This document shows, in pieces, positions 1 through 9,749 of a stretch of 34,101 bases of DNA. Each line of letters starts with the position of its first letter. The first letter of the stretch is position 1. The translations under genes and the position numbers were made by a program. Under the pieces are notes generated by a model. That model was not told the DNA's origin. It saw only the letters and a list, made by a program, of their open reading frames with translations, and did not search any database. The stretch is from a virus (lineage: Duplodnaviria; Caudoviricetes). The stretch is taken from IMG/VR virus record IMGVR_UViG_3300033076_001557, positions 1 through 34,101 of that record; one strand, written 5' to 3'.

Positions 1-91
1 CAACTTTTACCTGGAGAAATGCCATAACGTCCGCAATCGTAACACAGCTATATTGGTCAGCAATAGGGAAAAAATGAACACTTATAGCTCC
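1..91 (+). repeat. Terminal direct repeat, left copy (circularisation overlap)
   Basis: Identical to 34011-34101 except A15 versus G34025. Confidence 0.97.
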
Positions 92-583
92 CAAAATTTT
101 GAATCTTATGTTCCTGTATACGATGCCATTCCAGAAAAATGGGAGGATGCCGTTCCTTTTCTTGTAGAACAATTAAAATTGCATGGAAACGCTATCAATA
201 TCAGAGAAATTGGCTGGTTTTTGAATGAAGAAGTGTTGAGTGGAAAATCATTTATTCCAGCAAACACATCTACATCTTCAGATACGCAGGAATACAGATC
301 TATCTTCAGAAAAATTATACATTTTGGTGCTTTACCTAATACAGCAAGTAAATCTATTGCTCATGGTATTAATATTTCAAACAATTTTACATTATTGCAA
401 TTATATGGCGCTGCAACTGACCCCATTGGGTTAACATCAATTTCATTGCCTTATGTGGATGCTACAGTAGCAAATTCAGTGTCATTGTCTATGGATGCAA
501 CAAATATAACAGTGGTCACACATGACAACAAAAGCGCATACACAAGATGTTATGTGATTATTGAATATATACAGGAGATGTGA
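74..583 (+). CDS. Putative virion/tail-associated protein
   Basis: ATG at 74 overlaps (ATGA) the stop of ORF 33470-34087 across the junction; beta-rich C-terminus ending VIIEY; lies in late operon. Confidence 0.65.
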   Translation: MNTYSSQNFESYVPVYDAIPEKWEDAVPFLVEQLKLHGNAINIREIGWFLNEEVLSGKSFIPANTSTSSDTQEYRSIFRKIIHFGALPNTASKSIAHGINISNNFTLLQLYGAATDPIGLTSISLPYVDATVANSVSLSMDATNITVVTHDNKSAYTRCYVIIEYIQEM

Positions 584-584
584 C

Positions 585-1286
585 ATGGCAAGTTTTTGGA
601 ATTCAATTAACCCATTTAGCAAAAAAAGCGCGATAGGTTCCTTTTTATTTGGTTCACCAGAAAAACACGAGCGAATTCCGACATTGTTACCCGAGCAAAT
701 GGATTTGCTTCGCCAGCTATTAGGTGCAGCAAAAGGAAAAGGCGCAGGTGGAGCATATGGAGATGTTGCGGACTATTACAGGGATATTTTAGGCAATGAT
801 AGCAACACATTGGATCAACTTTTTGCGCCAGAGATGCGAAATTTTAATCAGCAAGTAATTCCACAGCTTGCTGAGCAATTTGCTGGAATGGGATCAGGGA
901 ATTTAAATAGCAGTGGATTTCGAAACGCATCAATGCAGGCGGGAACAGATTTGAGCGAAAGATTAGCAGCTATGAGAGCTAATCTTAGATCTCAAGCAGC
1001 ATCAGGATTAAGTGGCTTAGGAGGCATGGGATTACAAAACTATTCCCAAGATGTGATGACTCAACCTGGAACTCGAGGCGCATTATCAGGGTTAGGAGAA
1101 GCCGCAGGGTCTGTTTTAACTGGAGCATTAGGAAATTATTTTTCAAATCCTGCTCTAGGAGCCGCTTCATCATTTTTATCATCGTCGAGACCAACAATAG
1201 CTAAACGATCTTCTCCTTATGGAAATGATCGAGGAATGCGAAACACAATGGGCTCATATCCTCAAAGCCCTTATGGGATGTACTAA
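585..1286 (+). CDS. Putative internal virion (DNA ejection/pilot) protein
   Basis: AGGAG before ATG 585; Gly/Ala/Ser/Gln-rich helical low-complexity sequence downstream of tail genes, as in podovirus ejection proteins. Confidence 0.6.
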   Translation: MASFWNSINPFSKKSAIGSFLFGSPEKHERIPTLLPEQMDLLRQLLGAAKGKGAGGAYGDVADYYRDILGNDSNTLDQLFAPEMRNFNQQVIPQLAEQFAGMGSGNLNSSGFRNASMQAGTDLSERLAAMRANLRSQAASGLSGLGGMGLQNYSQDVMTQPGTRGALSGLGEAAGSVLTGALGNYFSNPALGAASSFLSSSRPTIAKRSSPYGNDRGMRNTMGSYPQSPYGMY

Positions 1287-1287
1287 C

Positions 1288-2694
1288 ATGGTTGGATACA
1301 AAATACAGCAAGGCAGCCCTGGCGGACGATTTGGCGAAGCTATAGGAAAAAGCTTAGCGGAAAATGTTCCTCGAGAAGTTGAAAGATATCGCTTAGCCAG
1401 TGGGTTAAAACAGTTTGAGCAAGAGGCACATAATTTAACGCCTTTACAACAAGGCGCTAGGATATCCGCTATCCCAGGCATAACCCCTCAGATGACTGAA
1501 TCTTTGCTAAATTTAGCACGAACTGAGGGCTTGAGAAACGCATACTCACGAAATGCACAAGGGCCTAGATTACCAATAAGAAAAGGCTCACAACCAGAAA
1601 TTTCAGAAAATCGACAAAGATTTTTGCCACAAGAAACAGGGAAACCAATACAGCCTCTTAATGAAAAAAATGTTTCAAATCAAATTAATTTAAATCCAAA
1701 AACAGAAAAAGCGTTTGAAAATCAAATTCTTGCAAATCAAGGCTTGGGGGTTGAAAATCCAATTCAACAAAAATTTTTACCCGCCATTCCATTTACGCCA
1801 GAAGAAAAAGACGTTTTGAGAGATGAAATTTGGTCAAGAAACCCTTATTTATCACCAGAACAATTAGAACAAAGAGTCAATGATGAAGAGCAAAGATATT
1901 TAGCAGCTCCTCAAGCATATCGGGAACAACAAGAATATTTAAAAACAAAAGAAACAGAAGCTGAAAATTTATTAAACAAAAATTTAGAACAAATTTTGCA
2001 AAAAGAAGGAAAAGAAATTTTTGGAGATTTGACTGGAGAAACATTAATTGATTTAAGACAACAAATGTTAAAAGATTTAGGCACAAATCCAAAACTTTCT
2101 GCTAAACAAGCAGCTGAAAAATGGGCAAAAATTGGGAAAGATTTTACAGAAGCAAAAACAATAATTAGCACATTATCAAATAGAGATATTTTTGATAAAG
2201 TTATTCCTTACAAAAAAGAGGAATCTTTAAAAAGATTAATTTCAGCGCAACCAATTTATCAAGAAATGGGAAGGCAAAAAGAATTTTATAATCAGCTAAT
2301 CAGTGATTTTGATCTTAGCCCTCAAAAAGCAGCTTTAATAGCCTACCCAATAAGCAATAATTTAAAAAATGTATTAAACAAAACTTATTTTGGCGATTTA
2401 CCTTTTAAAGATTTACCTATTGCGTCAAAAAATTTAGCTTCTGAATTCCTAAAAAATAGGACAGCGCAAGACAGCATTTTATCATTTGCGCAAGAAGCAA
2501 AAGACAACGTTAGATTTTTTGACGAGAAGTCTTTTTTTGATTATTTGCGCGATCATCAGGATGAATTGACTTCAGATCAGCAAAAAGAATTATTGCGAGG
2601 AGTTTCAGATTTTTTGCCTAATTGGGGCGACGTGGCTTTATTCCCTTACATCGGTCAATCTAAAGCAAATTATAAAAACCGAGGTAAAAAATGA
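1288..2694 (+). CDS. Putative internal virion/ejection protein
   Basis: Long helical Q/E/K-rich ORF starting 1 nt after the previous stop; N-terminal GRFGEAIGKSL amphipathic segment; position. Confidence 0.55.
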   Translation: MVGYKIQQGSPGGRFGEAIGKSLAENVPREVERYRLASGLKQFEQEAHNLTPLQQGARISAIPGITPQMTESLLNLARTEGLRNAYSRNAQGPRLPIRKGSQPEISENRQRFLPQETGKPIQPLNEKNVSNQINLNPKTEKAFENQILANQGLGVENPIQQKFLPAIPFTPEEKDVLRDEIWSRNPYLSPEQLEQRVNDEEQRYLAAPQAYREQQEYLKTKETEAENLLNKNLEQILQKEGKEIFGDLTGETLIDLRQQMLKDLGTNPKLSAKQAAEKWAKIGKDFTEAKTIISTLSNRDIFDKVIPYKKEESLKRLISAQPIYQEMGRQKEFYNQLISDFDLSPQKAALIAYPISNNLKNVLNKTYFGDLPFKDLPIASKNLASEFLKNRTAQDSILSFAQEAKDNVRFFDEKSFFDYLRDHQDELTSDQQKELLRGVSDFLPNWGDVALFPYIGQSKANYKNRGKK

Positions 2695-3341
2695 ATTATT
2701 TAAGGCCTGAAGAAAAAGCAGCAGAGCATGAAATTGAAAAAGCCAAAAAAAGAGATTTGACCATAAAAAAAGCTGTCAGATCGGTTGGCGCTTTAGCCTC
2801 TACAGCTTTAGGCGCAGGAGCAACAATAGGCGCAGGAATTCAGTCTAAAATTTTACCTTTTTTAAGCTCTCATTTACCTGTTGATCTTGCAGTTAAAGGA
2901 ATAAACAAAATTAGCCCACAGCTCGGAACGTTTTTGAAAAAAGGAATGGAACAAGGATTAGACGTCAAAGAAGGGCTGGATTATATAAAAAAAAGTATGA
3001 CGCCTAAAAATGTTATAGAAGAAATTTCCCCTGCTCTTCATCAATTTTTGCAGCAAGAAATTAGTAAAGGAAAAAAATGGGATGTTGCTGGAGCATTGGC
3101 AACATTGCCAGCGCATGGATTCACTAAAGATATCGAAAAAATTAGAAAAAAAACTGGAATGCCTTGGGAAAATGTGTTGATGTCAATTTTTGGCGATCAA
3201 AGTCAAGCGGCTTTACAACAGCAAAATCCAGAGCAGATTCAGCAAGAAACACAACAAGAACAGCCAAAACAAGAAGGGCCAGGAACTCAAGCATTACGCT
3301 CGGCTTTACAACGTTTAGCTGAACTTAGGAAAGGTTCATGA
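2691..3341 (+). CDS. Hypothetical protein, possible ejection protein
   Basis: ATGA-coupled, GAGG RBS; Gly/Ala hydrophobic stretch (VGALASTALGAGATIGAG) and Q-rich tail. Confidence 0.55.
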   Translation: MNYLRPEEKAAEHEIEKAKKRDLTIKKAVRSVGALASTALGAGATIGAGIQSKILPFLSSHLPVDLAVKGINKISPQLGTFLKKGMEQGLDVKEGLDYIKKSMTPKNVIEEISPALHQFLQQEISKGKKWDVAGALATLPAHGFTKDIEKIRKKTGMPWENVLMSIFGDQSQAALQQQNPEQIQQETQQEQPKQEGPGTQALRSALQRLAELRKGS

Positions 3342-3991
3342 ATCCTCTGGAGCGCTTAAGATCTCTCGAGGAAGTTTTAGATGCTATAACGCAAGCGCTA
3401 TCTGAAATAGAGACAACTGGAGAGCAGATAGATGATGATTTGCAAGGAATGGTGGCGCAAGAAATAGATTTGCTGATTGATGAAATCACAAATTTAAGAA
3501 GACAAACGCAAGCTCCTGAAGAAACTCAAATTCCTAGAGGGGCTGATCTTTTATGGATTTTGTCAGGTCAACAGCCTGAAGTTTTTATCAATTATGCAAG
3601 GACATTTCCCGATCAAGCGTTAAATCAGTTAGCGTCAAACCCAGCAGCTTTAAGTCAAGTTTTAGAACGTTTATCTGAAATGATGCCGCAAGGTCAAAGA
3701 CCTGTAGCAGACGGATTTGAACAAGCGCCATTAAATTCTAGCAATATTTTTGGTTTTCAATATGACCCTAGGTCAAGAAGGTTACAGGTCAGATTTCAAT
3801 CAGGAGCTATATATGGCTATCAAAATGTTCCTCGTCAAATATTTCAAATATTTGCACATGGCGCTGTGCCAGCAAAAACAAATGGAAGAAATAGATTCGG
3901 TAGATGGTGGATGGGGAAAAATCCATCTTTGGGAGCCGCATTTTACGAACTTATAAGACAGGGAAATTACCCTTATCAAAGATTAAATTGA
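3338..3991 (+). CDS. KTSC-domain-containing protein
   Basis: C-terminal SSNIFGFQYDPRSRRLQVRFQSGAIYGYQNVP...SLGAAFYELIR matches the KTSC pattern. Confidence 0.8.
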   Translation: MNPLERLRSLEEVLDAITQALSEIETTGEQIDDDLQGMVAQEIDLLIDEITNLRRQTQAPEETQIPRGADLLWILSGQQPEVFINYARTFPDQALNQLASNPAALSQVLERLSEMMPQGQRPVADGFEQAPLNSSNIFGFQYDPRSRRLQVRFQSGAIYGYQNVPRQIFQIFAHGAVPAKTNGRNRFGRWWMGKNPSLGAAFYELIRQGNYPYQRLN

Positions 3992-3998
3992 GGTGATT

Positions 3999-6353
3999 AT
4001 GACGGCAGCTTTAGGAAATTTTCAAAATGGTCCTTATGGGAGCAATTTAGACGGTTATGTATATCCACAATTCATAACAGCAAATCGCGCCCCAACATCG
4101 CAGGATATTTTCCCAGCAGGGACAAGATGGATGAATGCAGCCGTAAACCCTCATTTAATTTATGAGACAGCGGGTGGAGGCGATTGGGATACAGGAGGGG
4201 TACAACCAGCCACTACAACCACATTCGGAACTGTTATTTTAACAGACAACACAGAGCCAGTGGCTACTAAAGCTTATGCAGATGCTCTTGCAATTGCTGG
4301 TGCGCCAGTTTCAACAACAACAGTGGCAGGAATCGGCCAATTAGCAACAGATGCCGAAGCAGTAGCTGGAACGCCATCAACAGGTGCACTTGCTCTTTTT
4401 GTTACTCCATCAAATTTAGCAGCGGTTTTTGCTTCACCGCCAGCTACAGGAGGCACTAGCGCAGCAGCTGGAAAATTTACAACTTTAGAAGCTACAGGAC
4501 TTTTAACAGGCGATGCAGGAGCAATAATTGATAGCGCTGGAACCGCAATAAATATTGGCGGCGATGCAGATACAGCGGCGATCAATATTGGTACAGGAGC
4601 AGCAGCGAGAACCATAACATTAGGAAATAGTTCTGGTGCAACTTCATTGGTTTTAAATTGTGGCACAGGTGCCTTAAACATAGGTACCAACGCAATTGCT
4701 CATACGATCACAATAGGAAATCAAACTGGTGCAACTTCTGTCGTTATTGATTCTGGAACTGGTGCATTAAATATAGGAACAGCAATCGCTAAAACGATTA
4801 CGATTGGGAATGTAACGGGCGCTACAGCAGTAAATGTAAATGCAGGCAGTGGCGGAAGTACTTGGACAACCACAAATAGCACTTTAGCATTAGTCTCAGG
4901 AACGGGTGCGATCAATATTGGTGCTGACGCCGCGGCTAAAACAATTACGATTGGAAATCAAACAGGCGCAAGCTCTGTCGTTTTAGATTCTGGAACAGGG
5001 CCAATAAACATAGGAAATTCAATCGCTAAAACAATAACAATCGGTAATGTGACAGGCGCTACGGCGGTCAATGTTAATACGGGAACAGGTGGAAGCACTT
5101 GGACGACTACGAATGGAGCTTTTGGTGTCGTAACAGGAACTGGTGCCATAAATATTGGAGCGGATGCAGCTGCTAAAACAATTACCCTCGGTAATGTGAC
5201 AGGCGCGACAGCCGTTAATGTTAATACGGGAACAGGTGGAAGTACTTGGACAACCACAAACGGAGCTTTTGGCGTCGTAACAGGCACAGGAGCGATTAAC
5301 ATAGGTACAGATGCAGCTGCTAAAACGATCACTCTAGGCAACAGCACAGGCGCAACTTCATTGGTTTTAAATTGTGGCACCGGAGCTCTTAACATAGGCA
5401 CAAATGCAATTGCTCACACAGTAACGATTGGAAATGTGACAGGAGCAACTGCCGTCAATGTAAATGCTGGTAGTGGAGGAAGCACTTGGACAACCACAAA
5501 TAGCACTTTAGCATTAGTCTCAGGTACTGGCGCAATAAACGTCGGTACAGATGCGGCTGCTAAAACGGTTACAATTGGAAATGTAACAGGTGCAACAGCT
5601 GTCAATATCAATGCTGGATCAGGTGGTAGTGCAATTACTACAACAAATAGCACTTTAGCGCTGATTTCAGGCACAGGTGCATTAAATTTAGGTGCCGATG
5701 CAGCAGCTAAAACAATTACCCTTGGTAACAACACAGGGGCTACAGCATTAAATTTGGTAACAGGAACAGGGAATTTTTCTTTAGATGGCGCTGCTACTTC
5801 TACTTATACATTTGCTCCTTCTACGACTTCAGGAACTATCAATTTTGGCGGGACTGGAGCAAATACAGGAACAATAACAATTGCAGGTGGTACAGGTGCA
5901 CAAACGATTAACATTGGAAATAGCACTGGCGGAAAAACTGTAGCAATAGCAACAGGAGCCGGGGCTAATACAGTCACAATTGGTTCAACAAACACAACAT
6001 CGACAACGACCATTAATTCTGGAAGCGGAAATATCAACGCAACTGGTGGGAATTTAAAAATTGCAACGACAGGTAAAGGTTTACAGATTAAAGCTGGCGC
6101 TGCAACTGATATGGCAGGAACAGCCGTTTTAGTTTTGGGTACTGTAACAGTAGCAAATACTAATATCGCTGCTGGAGATTTGATTTTTATGTCTCGAGTA
6201 TCTGCAAATGGCTCTGTAACGCTTGGATCGCTGTCGTATACCATTTCAGCAGGAGCAAGTTTTACGATTACAAGTTTGATTTCAGGGACTCCAGCTTCAA
6301 CACAAACAGCTGATGTGAGCACTATAGCCTATTTTATCGTAAGACCTGTGTAA
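3999..6353 (+). CDS. Long Gly/Thr/Ala-rich repetitive tail fibre protein
   Basis: GAGGTG RBS before ATG 3999 (GTG 3993 alternative); ATTTTFGTVIL and STTTVAGIGQLATDAEA fibre motifs; ten internal repeats. Confidence 0.8.
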   Translation: MTAALGNFQNGPYGSNLDGYVYPQFITANRAPTSQDIFPAGTRWMNAAVNPHLIYETAGGGDWDTGGVQPATTTTFGTVILTDNTEPVATKAYADALAIAGAPVSTTTVAGIGQLATDAEAVAGTPSTGALALFVTPSNLAAVFASPPATGGTSAAAGKFTTLEATGLLTGDAGAIIDSAGTAINIGGDADTAAINIGTGAAARTITLGNSSGATSLVLNCGTGALNIGTNAIAHTITIGNQTGATSVVIDSGTGALNIGTAIAKTITIGNVTGATAVNVNAGSGGSTWTTTNSTLALVSGTGAINIGADAAAKTITIGNQTGASSVVLDSGTGPINIGNSIAKTITIGNVTGATAVNVNTGTGGSTWTTTNGAFGVVTGTGAINIGADAAAKTITLGNVTGATAVNVNTGTGGSTWTTTNGAFGVVTGTGAINIGTDAAAKTITLGNSTGATSLVLNCGTGALNIGTNAIAHTVTIGNVTGATAVNVNAGSGGSTWTTTNSTLALVSGTGAINVGTDAAAKTVTIGNVTGATAVNINAGSGGSAITTTNSTLALISGTGALNLGADAAAKTITLGNNTGATALNLVTGTGNFSLDGAATSTYTFAPSTTSGTINFGGTGANTGTITIAGGTGAQTINIGNSTGGKTVAIATGAGANTVTIGSTNTTSTTTINSGSGNINATGGNLKIATTGKGLQIKAGAATDMAGTAVLVLGTVTVANTNIAAGDLIFMSRVSANGSVTLGSLSYTISAGASFTITSLISGTPASTQTADVSTIAYFIVRPV
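4570..5760 (+). repeat. Modular coding repeats, core GTGA[IL]N[IVL]GxxAxAKT[IV]T[IL]GN x10
   Basis: Read from translation; exact DNA duplications 4860-4900=5484-5524 and 4638-4666=5352-5380. Confidence 0.9.
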
Positions 6354-6362
6354 GCATAGATA

Positions 6363-6389
6363 GGATAGGAAATTTAAAATTTCCTATCC
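6363..6389. repeat. Perfect 13-bp inverted repeat with 1-nt centre
   Basis: GGATAGGAAATTT-A-AAATTTCCTATCC immediately after the fibre stop; no U-tract. Confidence 0.9.
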
Positions 6390-6410
6390 ACATAAATTTA
6401 AAGAGGCAAA

Positions 6411-6611
6411 ATGCTAAAAAATATTATAGAAATGCAAACAAAAATTGATGAAAATGTATTTCAATTATTATTTGATTCAGGCTCAAAAATTCAGGATATA
6501 AAAGAAGCTCTTTTTTATTTTCAAAAAATGATAGGCCGTCTTGAAGATCAATGGATAGAGCAAAATAAAAAAAATGAGAGCGAACAAAATGAAGAGGTAA
6601 AAGATGGCTGA
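6411..6611 (+). CDS. Hypothetical protein (possible fibre chaperone)
   Basis: GAGG RBS; small helical ORF directly after the fibre gene. Confidence 0.6.
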   Translation: MLKNIIEMQTKIDENVFQLLFDSGSKIQDIKEALFYFQKMIGRLEDQWIEQNKKNESEQNEEVKDG

Positions 6612-6948
6612 TGATTTATCGTGTGTACAGTGTGTCACAAAAGCCGAATTTGACCCTTCTACCTTGACAGGTACCTTTCAAGCAATGAATGGATCTGGTT
6701 TATCAGATTCTGTAAAAATTTGGAAACTCTACAACGGAAGCACAACGGTTTCGATAGAAATTAGCTTGGATGGGGTTAATGCACATGATTTTATACCCCC
6801 TGGCGGTACTTTTGTTGTGGATTTTCAAACCAATCACTATGACGGCGGAACTTACGGAACAGGCACGTTAAATTTAAGAAAAGGACAAATTATTTACGGT
6901 CGAACTGCACCAAATCCAACATTTTTGCAGATGATAGGTTACAGATGA
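6604..6948 (+). CDS. Small beta-rich putative virion protein
   Basis: Overlaps neighbours in the operon; RBS GAGG. Confidence 0.6.
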   Translation: MADDLSCVQCVTKAEFDPSTLTGTFQAMNGSGLSDSVKIWKLYNGSTTVSIEISLDGVNAHDFIPPGGTFVVDFQTNHYDGGTYGTGTLNLRKGQIIYGRTAPNPTFLQMIGYR

Positions 6949-7130
6949 AAAAAAAATGGATTCAAGAAGCATTGTCAAAAAAAGGCTCTAAAGGGAAATT
7001 GCATGAAAAACTTCATGTACCTGAAGGAAAAAAAATTCCTGAAAAAAAATTAAAAGAAGCAGCAAAGAAAAAAGGAGTTTTGGGTAAAGAGGCTCGTTTG
7101 GCCGAAACATTGAAACATTTAAGAAAGTAG
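6945..7130 (+). CDS. Small Lys-rich phage protein
   Basis: KKWIQEA...KGKLHEKLHVPEGKKIP...ARLAETLK pattern common in uncultured phages; ATGA coupling. Confidence 0.75.
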   Translation: MKKKWIQEALSKKGSKGKLHEKLHVPEGKKIPEKKLKEAAKKKGVLGKEARLAETLKHLRK

Positions 7131-7136
7131 GTAAAA

Positions 7137-7622
7137 ATGTCTCAATTTTATTCTTCGCCGCCAGGTGGAACTCCTTCTATACCAACGCAATTCACAACCG
7201 ATAGTGGTACTGCTGTAGCTTCTGCAAATAATATAAATGTTTTTGGAGGAACTGGCGCAACGACATCGGCAACAGGCAGCACAATAACAGTAAGCGTTAA
7301 AACAGATGGTTTTAGATGGTCTGAGCAAAACGCGGATTTTTCCGCAGCTGTTCAAAATGGGTATTTTTGCAATGGTGCTTTGACAATTACTCTTCCAGCA
7401 GGAGTTGCTATAGGAAACACCATCATTATTTACGTAGATTCCAACGCCACTACGGTTGTGAATGCAGGAGTTGGGCAATTTATAGAAATAGGCGGAATCA
7501 CATCTAGTAGCGGTGGATCAGCAACCGCAAGTATTCAGGGCTCTATGTTAGGATTGGTTTTTAAACCGACAGATTCAACATGGCATGCTGTAGAGTCAAT
7601 GGGTTCATGGGCTGTAATATAG
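7137..7622 (+). CDS. Short tail fibre/spike-associated protein
   Basis: FTTDSGTAVA...GGTGATTS N-terminus; AAVQNGYFC...LTITLPA beta domain typical of tail appendage proteins. Confidence 0.65.
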   Translation: MSQFYSSPPGGTPSIPTQFTTDSGTAVASANNINVFGGTGATTSATGSTITVSVKTDGFRWSEQNADFSAAVQNGYFCNGALTITLPAGVAIGNTIIIYVDSNATTVVNAGVGQFIEIGGITSSSGGSATASIQGSMLGLVFKPTDSTWHAVESMGSWAVI

Positions 7623-7629
7623 GAAAAAT

Positions 7630-9069
7630 ATGACCGCGACAAATTCATTAAATATTCACAATTCAGGCTATATCGTTTTTGATGGTGTTGAAACTTTTCA
7701 AGGTCGCACTATACAAGCAGGAACCGGAATTTCCGTTTCAAATGGAAATGGATTATCAGGAAATACCGTAATAAGCTCAACAGGCCCCACAACAGATCTT
7801 CACACAGCAAGATTTATTGTCAGCGCTGGCGGAAATGCGCAAGGAGCCAATTACACGACTATAGCCGCTGCATATGCTGACGCCGTTACTGCAGGAGGTT
7901 CGCAAACTGTTTTTATACAGCCCGGAACTTATACAGAAAGTTTTATAATGTCACCAAACATTAATTTAGCTGCGTATAGCTGTGATTCCACAACCCCTAA
8001 CGTTACGATTTCAGGAACAATAACCGCTAGCTATACGGGGACAGCGTCTATTTCAGGAATTAATTTAACAACAAATGGAGCAAATCCAGCTATAAACGTA
8101 ACGGGCTCAAATTCTGGAATTTTATATTTAAGAAATTGTCAGTTAAATGCTTTAAGCAATACAGCTTTGACAGCAAACAACGCTAATTTTGTCATTTTTG
8201 TCGATGATTGTTATGTCGGCGCATCTTCTTCGAACGCTGTATGGAATATTACAAATATAAACGCTTTAGCGTTGCAAAATTGCGATGGCATAAACGGTTC
8301 AGTTTTTGGCACTTCGACGATAGCGGCGGGAACGGTGAATATCTACAGTTCCGTTATAAATTTTTCGTTATCAACATCTGGAACAGGATCGTATAATATT
8401 CATCATTGCTACACAAACCTTATAAATACCACATTTTTGACTCTTGCAGGAACAGGGTCGTCAACGATGAGCCATGGGTATATAAACACAGGAACGGCAT
8501 CAAGTATTTCCGTAGGTTCTGGATGCACATTGCAATTGTCAAGCACAGGGATAACCTCATCAAATACAAACGTTATCACAGGACTTGGAACGTTAAATTA
8601 TGGAAATATAACATTTTTAGGTTCTTCATCCACCATTAACACAACTACCACAAATCAACAAGTTTCAACGGTTTACGTTAAAACAGGTTCATGGACTCCA
8701 GGCGTTAGTTTTGGAGGCGGAACAACAGGAATCACGTATACAACGCAAAGCGGGGAATATTCTCAGGTTGGAAATATGATTTTTGCTTCCTACAACATCA
8801 CGTTAAGCAATAAAGGATCGTCAACAGGAAATGCATTTTTAACAGGTTTACCCGTTGCGGCAGCAGGAACAGCTATTTGGTCTATATTAGCGTTTCCAAT
8901 TTTAGCATCTGTTCCTGCATCTACTTCAAATATAGTGGCTAATCCATCTGGAACCAGTGCCGCATTATATGGAGCTTCCACAACAGCAACAGGGCTCACA
9001 AATTTGACGAACTCCAATTTTTCCAACACGTCTCAATTGAATGGATGCTTTTTTTATTTCACTTCGTAA
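7630..9069 (+). CDS. Tailspike-like protein with right-handed beta-helix (pectin-lyase-like)
   Basis: YTTIAAAYADA...VFIQPGTYTE beta-helix cap motif; Asn/Ser/Thr/Gly-rich core; C-terminal GSWTP...GEYSQVGNMI...LTGLP fibre domain. Confidence 0.75.
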   Translation: MTATNSLNIHNSGYIVFDGVETFQGRTIQAGTGISVSNGNGLSGNTVISSTGPTTDLHTARFIVSAGGNAQGANYTTIAAAYADAVTAGGSQTVFIQPGTYTESFIMSPNINLAAYSCDSTTPNVTISGTITASYTGTASISGINLTTNGANPAINVTGSNSGILYLRNCQLNALSNTALTANNANFVIFVDDCYVGASSSNAVWNITNINALALQNCDGINGSVFGTSTIAAGTVNIYSSVINFSLSTSGTGSYNIHHCYTNLINTTFLTLAGTGSSTMSHGYINTGTASSISVGSGCTLQLSSTGITSSNTNVITGLGTLNYGNITFLGSSSTINTTTTNQQVSTVYVKTGSWTPGVSFGGGTTGITYTTQSGEYSQVGNMIFASYNITLSNKGSSTGNAFLTGLPVAAAGTAIWSILAFPILASVPASTSNIVANPSGTSAALYGASTTATGLTNLTNSNFSNTSQLNGCFFYFTS

Positions 9070-9150
9070 CACAAAAAATATCTTGATTTTGAAAATTTGT
9101 GTTGATATAAGCTCTTATCTGATTTGCAGAAAAGGAAGTATGCAGGGCAG

Positions 9151-9184
9151 AAAGCCGAGGTAATGATTCCGCCTCGGCTTTTTT
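9151..9184 (+). terminator. Rho-independent terminator ending the late operon (possibly bidirectional)
   Basis: AAAGCCGAGG-N11-CCTCGGCTTT followed by a T run, between convergent genes. Confidence 0.85.
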
Positions 9185-9434
9185 ATTCCCACGCCAAAGC
9201 CTCAAGTTGGCTTTCAAATTGCTCGATTTTGGGATGATGTAAAGCGGCTTGACACATGGCAGCTTTCAAAACTTCAAACTCGTAACGCAAGTCATCATAT
9301 TTTTTCTGAAGCTCCCCATTCTGGGCAAAAAGTTTTTTTCTTACTTTAGCAAGAGATTCTTTGAGATCTTTTACCTCTCTAAGTAATTTACCTTCAAGAG
9401 GTTCCTCAAAAAGAAGCAGTTGTAGCGGTTCCAT
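9183..9434 (-). CDS. Hypothetical coiled-coil protein
   Basis: AAGGA RBS before ATG 9434; heptad-rich VKDLKESLAKVRKKLFAQNGELQK. Confidence 0.7.
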   Translation of the reverse strand: MEPLQLLLFEEPLEGKLLREVKDLKESLAKVRKKLFAQNGELQKKYDDLRYEFEVLKAAMCQAALHHPKIEQFESQLEALAWE

Positions 9435-9503
9435 TTTTATTTGTCCTTTTTTGTGCAAGGTGGTACATTATTGCAAAAAAGAAACAATAGAGCAAGACCA
9501 AGT

Positions 9504-9749
9504 ATGCAACCCACTCTGAAAGAATATGTTACAGCTACAAAAGCACAAAAATTGCTAGGAATAGGAAGACGAAGATTCGAAAAGTTGGTGTCAAAAAAAA
9601 TGTTGTGCTATCACATTTGCCCAACTTCCGAAAGAAAAATTTACCATGTGTCAGATCTTCTAAATTTTTTGAAGGATTTCAAATGTCAGATATCACCATG
9701 TGCGAAGGAAAAAATTGTCCAAAAAAAGAAGAATGTAAACGATGCGTAG
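9504..9749 (+). CDS. Excisionase/MerR-like HTH DNA-binding protein
   Basis: YVTATKAQKLLGIGRRRFEKLV...KIYHVSDLLNFL matches an HTH_17-like pattern. Confidence 0.65.
   Translation: MQPTLKEYVTATKAQKLLGIGRRRFEKLVSKKMLCYHICPTSERKIYHVSDLLNFLKDFKCQISPCAKEKIVQKKKNVNDA

Noticed and set aside
4274-6322. Series of minus-strand ORFs (VPVAP-rich)
   Set aside because: Antisense shadows of the Gly/Thr/Ala repeat fibre gene
6363-6389. Protelomerase (tel) site of a linear phage-plasmid
   Set aside because: Short, odd-centred palindrome and no protelomerase gene recognised
9504-9749. Excisionase as evidence of integration
   Set aside because: This HTH class is also used as a general regulator, and no integrase is adjacent or elsewhere
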